A program made the position numbers and the translations under genes. The notes under the pieces were generated by a model. The model saw only the letters and a program-made list of their open reading frames with translations, was not told the DNA's origin and did not search any database. A DNA stretch of 64,000 bases from Flavicella sp. (GTDB lineage: Bacteria > Bacteroidota > Bacteroidia > Flavobacteriales > Flavobacteriaceae): NCBI GenBank assembly GCA_049625305.1, contig JBMZVD010000001.1:5365-69364 (forward strand). The letters are read 5' to 3'. This document shows positions 51,187 through 59,201 of this stretch, one piece after another. Positions within the stretch are counted from its first letter, which is position 1; every line of letters starts with the position of its first letter.

Positions 51187-53115
51187 TTAATAATGCCACC
51201 TTACAAAAGCTTCCATAGCTGCATAATGAGACATACCAAGCTTGTCATAGAGATCTGCTGTCTCTTTATTTCTATCTTCGGCACGTTGCCAAAACTCTCT
51301 ACTATCCGAACCTTGAAATACTACTCCATCTTTTTGAGATTGGTGTTTAAAAATTCCTTTTCTTTTTTCCAAGACTTGATCGGGTCCCATAGGAACCGCC
51401 ATTTCAATTTCGTCAACACCCCATTCTTGCCAAGCACCTCTGTACAACCATACCCAGCAATCCTTCATAAACTTTTTAGGTTTTAAAGATTTTACCGCTG
51501 CAAAAATGGCATCCAAACAAACCTTGTGAGTTCCGTGTGGATCTGCTAGATCCCCCGCTGCATAAATTTGATGTGGTTTTATCTTTTCGATTAGATCTGC
51601 AGTTATTTGAATGTCTTCTGGACCAATTGGATTTTTTTCCACAGCACCCGTCTCATAGAATGGTAAGTTCATAAAGTGAATTTGTAAATCTGGAAGCCCT
51701 ACAAAATGACAAGTAGCTCTTGCCTCTCCTTTACGAATCAAACCTTTGATATATCGAACTTCTTCGGTATCAATTTCGCTAGACTTTTTATTTTTTAAGA
51801 AGGTTACTGCATTTTTGTAAATTTCAGTTGCCTCAGTTCCTTTGATACCAAATTTTTCATTGTAATCACATACAAAACTTGCAAAGCGCAAGGCCTCATC
51901 ATCAGCTACTGCTATGTTTCCTGAAGTTTGGTATCCAACGTGTACCTCATGTCCTTGTTCGTGTAAACGTTTGAATGTACCTCCCATACTAATGATGTCA
52001 TCGTCTGGGTGAGGACTAAAAATCAACACTCGTTTTTTTGCAGGTTCAGCACGTTCCGGACGGTTTGTGTCGTCAGCATTGGGTTTACCACCAGGCCAAC
52101 CTGTTATCGTGTTTTGTAATTGGTTGAAAATTTTGATATTGATGTCATAAGCTGGTCCAGCATCTGCCAACAAATCACTCATTCCATTTTCAATATAGTC
52201 ATCGTCTGTTAGCATCAAAATTGGCTTTTCCAATTGCAATGCCAAATTCAACACTGCTTTTCGAGTCAAAGTTTCAGTCCAAGTAATTTTCTCAACCAAC
52301 CAAGGTTTTTCAATTCGAGTCAACTTTGAGGCTGCTGCAGTATCTAAAATAAAAGTTGCGTTGTTGTGTTCTTGCAAATAGGAAGCTGGAATACGACTTG
52401 TCATATCCCCTTCGGTAGCAGCCTTTATAATATTCGATTTTGGCTCTCCCCATGCCAATAGAATAACACGTTTGGCATCCATAATCTTTTTAACACCTAA
52501 AGTAATAGCGGTTCTTGGTGTATTGTCCAAACCAGAAAACTCAGCACTTGCAGCAACTCTCGTTATATGATCTAAGGCGACCAATCTAGTTTTAGAATTT
52601 TGCAAGGCTCCAGATTCGTTAAATCCAATGTGTCCGTTTCCTCCAATACCTAAAATCTGTAAATCTATTCCTCCCAATGCTTCTATTTTTGCTTCGTAAG
52701 CGTCACAATAATCAGCAATATCTTGTTTGGTCAACATCCCATCTGGAATGTGATAATTTTCAGGAAGTATGTCTACATGATTGAACAAATGTTCTTTCAT
52801 AAAACGTACATAACTATGCACAGAGTCTGCTTCCATCGGGTAGTATTCATCAAGGTTGAATGAAATGACGTTTTTAAAACTCAAACCTTCCTCTTTGTGC
52901 AATCGAACTAGTTCTGAATACAGTCCTTTGGGGGACGATCCTGTCGCCAAGCCCAAAACACATGCTTGTTTTTGAGCTTGTTTTACCTTGATTAGTGCAG
53001 CTATCTCTTGCGCAACAGCCTTAGAAGCATTGGTCGAATTTTCGTACACAACAGTACCTATTTTTTCAAAACGTTTTTCGAATCCTGTTGCTTTGTCTAT
53101 TTTACTTTCTAACAT
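51187..53115 (-). CDS. nagB: Glucosamine-6-phosphate deaminase fused to a PIG-L/LmbE deacetylase-like domain
   Basis: LGLATGSSP, FNLDEY, GIGGNGHIGFNE; C-half SPHPDDD and DPHGTH. Probable start ATG 53115 (ATG 53178 is also in frame). Confidence 0.92.
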   Translation of the reverse strand: MLESKIDKATGFEKRFEKIGTVVYENSTNASKAVAQEIAALIKVKQAQKQACVLGLATGSSPKGLYSELVRLHKEEGLSFKNVISFNLDEYYPMEADSVHSYVRFMKEHLFNHVDILPENYHIPDGMLTKQDIADYCDAYEAKIEALGGIDLQILGIGGNGHIGFNESGALQNSKTRLVALDHITRVAASAEFSGLDNTPRTAITLGVKKIMDAKRVILLAWGEPKSNIIKAATEGDMTSRIPASYLQEHNNATFILDTAAASKLTRIEKPWLVEKITWTETLTRKAVLNLALQLEKPILMLTDDDYIENGMSDLLADAGPAYDINIKIFNQLQNTITGWPGGKPNADDTNRPERAEPAKKRVLIFSPHPDDDIISMGGTFKRLHEQGHEVHVGYQTSGNIAVADDEALRFASFVCDYNEKFGIKGTEATEIYKNAVTFLKNKKSSEIDTEEVRYIKGLIRKGEARATCHFVGLPDLQIHFMNLPFYETGAVEKNPIGPEDIQITADLIEKIKPHQIYAAGDLADPHGTHKVCLDAIFAAVKSLKPKKFMKDCWVWLYRGAWQEWGVDEIEMAVPMGPDQVLEKRKGIFKHQSQKDGVVFQGSDSREFWQRAEDRNKETADLYDKLGMSHYAAMEAFVRWHY

Positions 53116-53189
53116 AATGTTCTTTTTAATAGAAGTATTTTTAACTGTTTTTTCTGAAATTGTATTAGATAAATTCATACTGTATCGAT

Positions 53190-54518
53190 TTATTTAGAGC
53201 TCCAACTTTTTATTTTGTGTCCCCATACAGCAAAAAATAAGATCATTGCATAACAAGGAATCAAAATCCAATAACTACTTGTCGATGCTGAAGCAAGTGC
53301 TTCGGACTCTGAGATTCCTGTTTCAAGCATCTCCAACTTTTCTGCATCCACTAAACGTCCATAGAGAGGAGGAATGATTGCTCCACCTGAAATCGCCATA
53401 ATCAATAAAGCCGAGGCAGTCTTTGTGAATTTCCCTAAACCGTCTAGTGTCAATGGCCAAATCGCAGGCCAAACCAATGCGTTGGCAACTCCTAAAAGCG
53501 CTACAAAAAGTACAGATGTAAAACCTGATGTATTAAGAATACAGATACTAAATACCAATCCTAATACGGCACTTGCAATCAATGCTTTAGTTTGAGAAAC
53601 ATATTTAGGAATAAGAAATACTCCCAAGGAGTAAGTTGCTACCATTGCCATCAATGTATAAGTTGTAAAATATTTGGCTTCTTCCCCCGTAAAACCAAGT
53701 GAAATCCCATAGGCAATGATTGTATCACCAGCGATCACCTCTGCTCCTACGTAGACAAATAAAGCCAACACACCCAACCATAATTGTGGAAATTGAAAGA
53801 TATTTGTTTTGCTGTTTTTACCTTGCTCAACAGTTTCTTCAGTCGCAGCTTCTACATGAGGAAGTGGAGCTTTTCGAATCAAAATCCCCAAAACAAACAA
53901 AACAGCTGCCATTACCAAATAAGGTACAAACACACTGTCTGCCATGGTATCTAACAGAGTATTTTTCTCTTCCAAAGAAGCGCTAGCGAGTTGTTCTTTT
54001 ACCTCATCAATTCCTGACAACAACAATGCTCCAAAAATCAAAGAACCTAAAGCTCCTGCAGTTTTGTTAGCTATACCCATAATGGCAATACGTTTTGCCC
54101 CACTTTCGATAGGCCCTAAAATCGTAATGTAAGGATTTGAAGCAGTTTGTAAAATCGTCATTCCGACACCTTGAATAAAAATACCTGATAGGAACACCCA
54201 GTAGGTTCTCGCCTCTGCTGCCGGAATAAACACCAAAGCTCCAATACCCATTATGATCAAACCAAGTGACATTCCTTTTTTGTAGCCTATTTTCTCTAAA
54301 ATGTAGGAAGCTGGCAAGGCCATAACCACAAAAGATATATAGGAAGCGGAAGCTACCAAATACGATTGTGCATCGGTCAATTCATTAATGGTTTTCATAA
54401 AAGGAATCAAGGCTCCATTAATCCAAGTCACAAAACCAAATATAAAGAAGAGTCCTGCAATAATGATAATAGGTACCAAAGTATTATTGGTAGTTGTTTT
54501 GTTTGTTGCTGTTGACAT
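53190..54518 (-). CDS. MFS sugar transporter, FucP/GluP/NagP family
   Basis: LFFIFGF, LQTASNPY, FVYVGAEV, MAISGGAIIP; about 12 TM helices. Confidence 0.92.
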   Translation of the reverse strand: MSTATNKTTTNNTLVPIIIIAGLFFIFGFVTWINGALIPFMKTINELTDAQSYLVASASYISFVVMALPASYILEKIGYKKGMSLGLIIMGIGALVFIPAAEARTYWVFLSGIFIQGVGMTILQTASNPYITILGPIESGAKRIAIMGIANKTAGALGSLIFGALLLSGIDEVKEQLASASLEEKNTLLDTMADSVFVPYLVMAAVLFVLGILIRKAPLPHVEAATEETVEQGKNSKTNIFQFPQLWLGVLALFVYVGAEVIAGDTIIAYGISLGFTGEEAKYFTTYTLMAMVATYSLGVFLIPKYVSQTKALIASAVLGLVFSICILNTSGFTSVLFVALLGVANALVWPAIWPLTLDGLGKFTKTASALLIMAISGGAIIPPLYGRLVDAEKLEMLETGISESEALASASTSSYWILIPCYAMILFFAVWGHKIKSWSSK

Positions 54519-54536
54519 AGTGCGGTATTTAATTTT

Positions 54537-55610
54537 TTAAAGTTTAATTTGATCGTATTTTTCTTGTAAACTCTCTATGAGTTTGAATTGATTTTTAGCC
54601 CTGTCTAAATTGTGATTTGCATACTTGGATTTAAAGTAAATATCATTATTTAAAAAGTCAGTTAAAAAGCGTAAGGCAATTATAAAGATCATTGTCTTTG
54701 CGGCTAGGGGCAAATGTTTAATTTCTGCTTCAGTCAAAGCATCTTCTAATTGCTCCAAATATCCTTTAGTGTATGCTTTGTAATAATCTACATTGAACTC
54801 CACCAAATCCAAATCCGTTTCGTCTTCTGAAGCGGTATTACAAATGGTTCGAATCGCATCGCCAAAATCATAGTGTACGATTCCCGGCATAATTGTATCA
54901 GTATCAATCACACACAGACCTTTGTTGTTGGTATCAAACAAGGCATTTGATATTTTTGTGTCGTTGTGTGTGACACGTATTGGAATCTCACCTGCATCTT
55001 TTAGGTTTTGCAATACATGCATCTCTTCTTTCATGTCTGCCACAATATCAATGTAGCGCTGTGCTTGCAAAATTCGCTTTTCTGAAGCTTTGGATAAAGC
55101 CGCATCAAACTGCTCGTATCGAAAAGCCATGTTGTGAAAATTAGGTATCACTTCTATCAATTTAGAGACATCGTAATCACTTGTAAGATTGATAAACTCT
55201 CCAAACAACTTTCCTCCTTCATAGGCAACTTCGGTGTCTTTTACCAATTCAAAAGTGACACTCTCATCTATGAACTGCATCAAATTCCAATAATTATCAC
55301 CATCTCCTCTGTAACAAGAAGCACCATTTTTGGTCTTTATAAAAGTCAACACACTTCTATCAATCTGTTCTTGCGGCAAATGATTTAATTTTCCTCGAAT
55401 ATGCGCACTGATACTCACCTTATTTTCTACAAGTCCAGGAACATCTTTAAACACTTCGTGATTGATGCGTTGCAATACGTAATAGGGTTTGTTTTTTGTA
55501 ACGATTAAAAATGTATCGTTGATATGTCCTGATGCCAATTCTTTGTATGAATCATAATCACTACCATGATCAAATTGTTCAAAAATCGATTGTAATTTGT
55601 CTTCTGTCAT
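54537..55610 (-). CDS. APH-family sugar kinase, N-acetylhexosamine 1-kinase (NahK)-like
   Basis: GHINDT, LQRIN, IPNFH, HNDTKISN, IDTDT, DFGD, RFLTDFL. Confidence 0.8.
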   Translation of the reverse strand: MTEDKLQSIFEQFDHGSDYDSYKELASGHINDTFLIVTKNKPYYVLQRINHEVFKDVPGLVENKVSISAHIRGKLNHLPQEQIDRSVLTFIKTKNGASCYRGDGDNYWNLMQFIDESVTFELVKDTEVAYEGGKLFGEFINLTSDYDVSKLIEVIPNFHNMAFRYEQFDAALSKASEKRILQAQRYIDIVADMKEEMHVLQNLKDAGEIPIRVTHNDTKISNALFDTNNKGLCVIDTDTIMPGIVHYDFGDAIRTICNTASEDETDLDLVEFNVDYYKAYTKGYLEQLEDALTEAEIKHLPLAAKTMIFIIALRFLTDFLNNDIYFKSKYANHNLDRAKNQFKLIESLQEKYDQIKL

Positions 55611-55750
55611 TCTCTTAAATAAGTTACTAGAGTGTGGACTCTATATTTCACAATATTAAGGTGTTATTGAAAAAGCTTATAAGCCTGTTATATAACACAA
55701 TAACACTAGTGTTTCTAAAAATATTTTATAAATATATTAAAAAAAAACGA

Positions 55751-55794
55751 AAAATGTGCTCGAACACACAAAAAAATGTGTTCGAGCACATTTT
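55751..55794. promoter_or_regulatory. Double LacI-type operator forming a perfect 18-bp inverted repeat
   Basis: aaaatgtgctcgaacaca (55751-55768), 8 nt, tgtgttcgagcacatttt (55777-55794). Each arm is itself a CG-centred quasi-palindrome. Confidence 0.8.
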
Positions 55795-55823
55795 GTGAAT
55801 ATTAAGATACTTTTCTATATTTG
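55792..55823 (+). promoter_or_regulatory. lacI-family gene promoter
   Basis: -33 TTTG at 55792-55795 and -7 TATATTTG at 55816-55823; 20-nt spacer. Confidence 0.75.
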
Positions 55824-55828
55824 TGAGT

Positions 55829-56872
55829 ATGAGGAAGAAATATACCATCAAAGACATTGCTGAAAAAGCAGGGGTATCCAAAGGAACTGTTGATAGGGTC
55901 ATTCACAAGAGAGGTCGGGTTTCTGAGGCTGCGTTGAAAAAAGTAAACGAGGTATTAGAGGCTATTGACTTTAAACCCAATCTTATTGCTAAAAATTTAA
56001 AAAACAATAAGGTATACAAAATAGCTGTGCTTTTACCAGATCCTAAAATAGACTACTATTGGGAAGCATGTGTGGTGGGGGTTCAGAATGTAATCAAAGA
56101 ATTGGGTATGTTTGGAGTCGACATTGAGACAGTATATTTCAACCCAACAGATACAGACTCTTTTGAAATTGCGAATGCAGCTGTTTTGGATTCAGATCCT
56201 AATGCTGTATTACTAGCCCCTCTATTTTTTGAACAAGCAACTGAAGCTATCCAGAAATACAGTGAAAGAAACATTCTTGTCGCTACTTTTAACAACGATA
56301 TTGGAAACACAAACACGACAAGTTTTATCGGTCAAGACTTGCAACAAAGTGGTCGTGTAGCCGCAAAGTTATTACACAGTATTTGCAATGAAGGGGAACT
56401 TGGTATTTTTCACATCGATGAAAAATACGAGAATGCTGTATTTATGCAAGAAAAAGAAAAGGGTTTTTTAAGTTATTTTGAAAGTCAAAAAGATTATAAA
56501 AATAATATAGCTGTATGCCATTTGAACCAAGGTGATTTTGACCTGTCATTTGCGGAGTTTTTAGAAAAACACTCACAGCTAACCGGTATATTTGTGACAA
56601 CATCTAAAACCTTTCAAATAGCTGCCTTTTTAGAAAAGAACAATTTGGAAAATATTCCTTTGGTAGGATATGATTTACTAGGGGAAAATGTAAGTTATTT
56701 ACAAAAAGGGACGATTGATTTTTTAATCCATCAAAACCCAAAACAACAAACCTATTTTGGACTGAAGTATTTGGTGGAACATTTTCTATTTGAAAAAGAA
56801 ATTCCAAAACAAATCCTATTACCAATTGATATCATAAATTCGGAGAATGTAGTTCCTTTTATGAGAGATTAA
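55829..56872 (+). CDS. LacI-family transcriptional regulator
   Basis: TIKDIAEKAGVSKGTVDRVIH HTH, FKPN hinge, periplasmic-binding-protein-like core; start ATG 55829. Confidence 0.95.
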   Translation: MRKKYTIKDIAEKAGVSKGTVDRVIHKRGRVSEAALKKVNEVLEAIDFKPNLIAKNLKNNKVYKIAVLLPDPKIDYYWEACVVGVQNVIKELGMFGVDIETVYFNPTDTDSFEIANAAVLDSDPNAVLLAPLFFEQATEAIQKYSERNILVATFNNDIGNTNTTSFIGQDLQQSGRVAAKLLHSICNEGELGIFHIDEKYENAVFMQEKEKGFLSYFESQKDYKNNIAVCHLNQGDFDLSFAEFLEKHSQLTGIFVTTSKTFQIAAFLEKNNLENIPLVGYDLLGENVSYLQKGTIDFLIHQNPKQQTYFGLKYLVEHFLFEKEIPKQILLPIDIINSENVVPFMRD

Positions 56873-57516
56873 ATACCTTCAAAAATAAAACATCCAAAAG
56901 AAGAAGCAATATGAAAATCAGGCACTTCTGTCTTTGGGTCTACCCATGTGATCCAAGTAGGTTCGTAAGTCTCATCTGCTTGTTGCTTGTATTTAGCTCT
57001 GTAAATACCAGTTTCCAATCTGTTGCCTTTTAAAAGTCCCAACTCACTAAGTGAGTCAAGTGTTATCGCTATCTCAACTGTAAAGTAGTCATTTTCTACA
57101 GAGGACTGTATCTCAATATCCTTTACAGGCCAATTCCAATCAAAATCAAATGCTCTCTGAGGTCTTGCTTTGAAATCCATCAAGCGTGCTGTTGGATCTA
57201 TCTCCAAACAAAAATATGGATCTAACTTCTCGTTAGACCTAAAAAATAACTCGACACGATCGGACTCATTGATACTATCTTTTGTATCGTCAGTTGTATC
57301 AACATAAACGTTAGGATCAGCTACCCTGAAGCGACAATACAAATGTGTTTGGTTGTGGATCGCTTTGAATTCAATTTTTGCTATAGGGTCTTGCTTCCAT
57401 GGAGAAGAAAAATCCGTCAAAGAAAACGCCTCCTCCCAAAGTTTGCTATCTCCTTTGCCATTAAGAAGAAGTTCTTGATTTTTTATTGAAGAAACAGTGT
57501 ACGATTTTAAAGACAT
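56869..57516 (-). CDS. CBM9-like (DOMON-like) sugar-binding protein without a signal peptide
   Basis: DRVELFF, YFCLEIDP, VEIAI, W.......PDFH..SSFG C-terminal motif. Confidence 0.75.
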   Translation of the reverse strand: MSLKSYTVSSIKNQELLLNGKGDSKLWEEAFSLTDFSSPWKQDPIAKIEFKAIHNQTHLYCRFRVADPNVYVDTTDDTKDSINESDRVELFFRSNEKLDPYFCLEIDPTARLMDFKARPQRAFDFDWNWPVKDIEIQSSVENDYFTVEIAITLDSLSELGLLKGNRLETGIYRAKYKQQADETYEPTWITWVDPKTEVPDFHIASSFGCFIFEGI

Positions 57517-57602
57517 CTTAGTTATTTATTTATTATGCTTATTAGAGAGGAAGCTATGTAATCGTTCGTGTTTACAAGCAAAAACATATGCTAAAAGAAT
57601 TA

Positions 57603-59189
57603 TTAAAATATTTCAACTTCGTGTTGGTTGTCAAAACCACCTTGTTTTTGTTTTTTCAATTTTTCCTCTAGCTCTTTTACTTTCTCAGGGTATTCATCAG
57701 CAAGGTTATTCGTTTCTTCAGGATCTGATTTCAGATTGTATAATTGTGGACTTAACTCAAAACCAGTTTCAATGATGGGACCCCAAGGTACTAATTTAGG
57801 TCCTTTGAAAGGAGCTATATATTTCCAAGAGTTTTCAACATAAGACAAAGGCCCCATAAAACTTTCTTGAATCAAAGAAGTTCTTCCTATCGTATCGTTT
57901 CCTTTGAAAACATCCAATCTATTCTGACTGTCAATAACATCGTTTGCTACTTTTTCAACCCCAACCAATTGGGCAAAAGAACGCAAAAAATCTACCTGGC
58001 TAACCAGCGCATTCGAACGCATACCTTTGTTTGTACCATCTGGCCAACGTACAATCAGTGGTATTTTACTACCGCCGTCGTAGGTACTGTATTTTCCACC
58101 ACGTAAGCTTCCTGTTGGTTGGTGATCTCCTAGTAGTTCTCTTGCTTGGTCTTGGTAGCCATCGTCTACAACGGGTCCATTATCACTTGAAAACACGACT
58201 ACTGTATTGTCTAAGATACCTTTTATCTTTAAAGTTTCCATGATTTGAGCAACTGTCCAATCCAATTGTAAAATAACATCTCCTCTTGGTCCCATACCAC
58301 TTTTCCCTTGAAACATTTTATTGGCGATTCTTGGTACGTGAATATCATGTGTAGACAACAACAAAAAGAAAGGTTGGTCATTTGCTGCTTCAATAAACTT
58401 TTTAGATTTGTTTACCAGTTCCATCGGAATTGTCTCATCGTCCCATAGCGCGGCTTTACCACCGTCCATATATCCTATTCTACTGACACCATTTACGATG
58501 GTATTATTATGTCCTTGTGATGTTTTCATTTTTAACAATTCAGGGTTTTCTTTCCCTGTTGGCCAGTCACCTATTTTCTTTTTATAATTGACACGTATCG
58601 GATCGTTGGGATCCAAGTTCACAATGTTATGGTTTTCAACAAAAACACAAGGAACTCTGTCTCCTGTTGCAGGGATCAGATAAGAATAATCAAAACCTAT
58701 TTCTAAGGGACCTGGTTGAATTTTACCATTCCAATCAGGACCATTAGCACCTCCTAGACCTAGATGCCATTTGCCAACGACTCCAGTCTTATATCCTGCC
58801 AATTGTAACATACTTGGCAATGTTGTTCTATCAGTAGCGATAAGTAAAGACTGGTCTCCTTTGGCTACTCCTGTCCCCTTTTTACGCCAAGCATAATCTC
58901 CTGTCAATAAGGAATAACGCGAAGGGGTGCATGTCGCTGCTGTAGCATAAGCGTTTTCGAATAAAATACCCTCTGCTGCCAAAGCATCTATGGCAGGTGT
59001 TTGGATTTGAGTGGCTCCATAAATACTCGTATCACCGTAGCCTACATCATCTGTATAAATAAAAACTATGTTTGGTGTTTTTGAAACACTAGCAGAGGCA
59101 TTAGTATCATGTTTTTTGTTTGATTTTGAATTACATGCAGCCAATACAGAGAATAAAATTGCTATGAGCGAACTTTTTGTAAATGTCAT
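57603..59189 (-). CDS. Cys-type S1 sulfatase lipoprotein (resembles S1_15 Gal/GalNAc-6-O-sulfatases)
   Basis: DDVGYGD, CTPSRYSLLTG, GKWHLG, PATGDRVPCV, DIHVPR, SDNGP, RGGK. Confidence 0.87.
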   Translation of the reverse strand: MTFTKSSLIAILFSVLAACNSKSNKKHDTNASASVSKTPNIVFIYTDDVGYGDTSIYGATQIQTPAIDALAAEGILFENAYATAATCTPSRYSLLTGDYAWRKKGTGVAKGDQSLLIATDRTTLPSMLQLAGYKTGVVGKWHLGLGGANGPDWNGKIQPGPLEIGFDYSYLIPATGDRVPCVFVENHNIVNLDPNDPIRVNYKKKIGDWPTGKENPELLKMKTSQGHNNTIVNGVSRIGYMDGGKAALWDDETIPMELVNKSKKFIEAANDQPFFLLLSTHDIHVPRIANKMFQGKSGMGPRGDVILQLDWTVAQIMETLKIKGILDNTVVVFSSDNGPVVDDGYQDQARELLGDHQPTGSLRGGKYSTYDGGSKIPLIVRWPDGTNKGMRSNALVSQVDFLRSFAQLVGVEKVANDVIDSQNRLDVFKGNDTIGRTSLIQESFMGPLSYVENSWKYIAPFKGPKLVPWGPIIETGFELSPQLYNLKSDPEETNNLADEYPEKVKELEEKLKKQKQGGFDNQHEVEIF

Positions 59190-59201
59190 TCTAAGGATAT
59201 T

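Noticed and set aside
55751-55794. The 18-bp inverted repeat as a MITE, terminator or invertible-promoter boundary
   Set aside because: Only 8 nt lie between the arms, it is between divergent 5' ends, and no recombinase or target duplication is present. The operator reading fits better.
1635-55828. Upstream starts given by the ORF track (1635, 14605, 18674, 20336, 22032, 27368, 30276, 30938, 43698, 55823)
   Set aside because: The extensions overlap or abut promoter elements, or precede clear signal peptides or family N-termini. Downstream starts were used instead.
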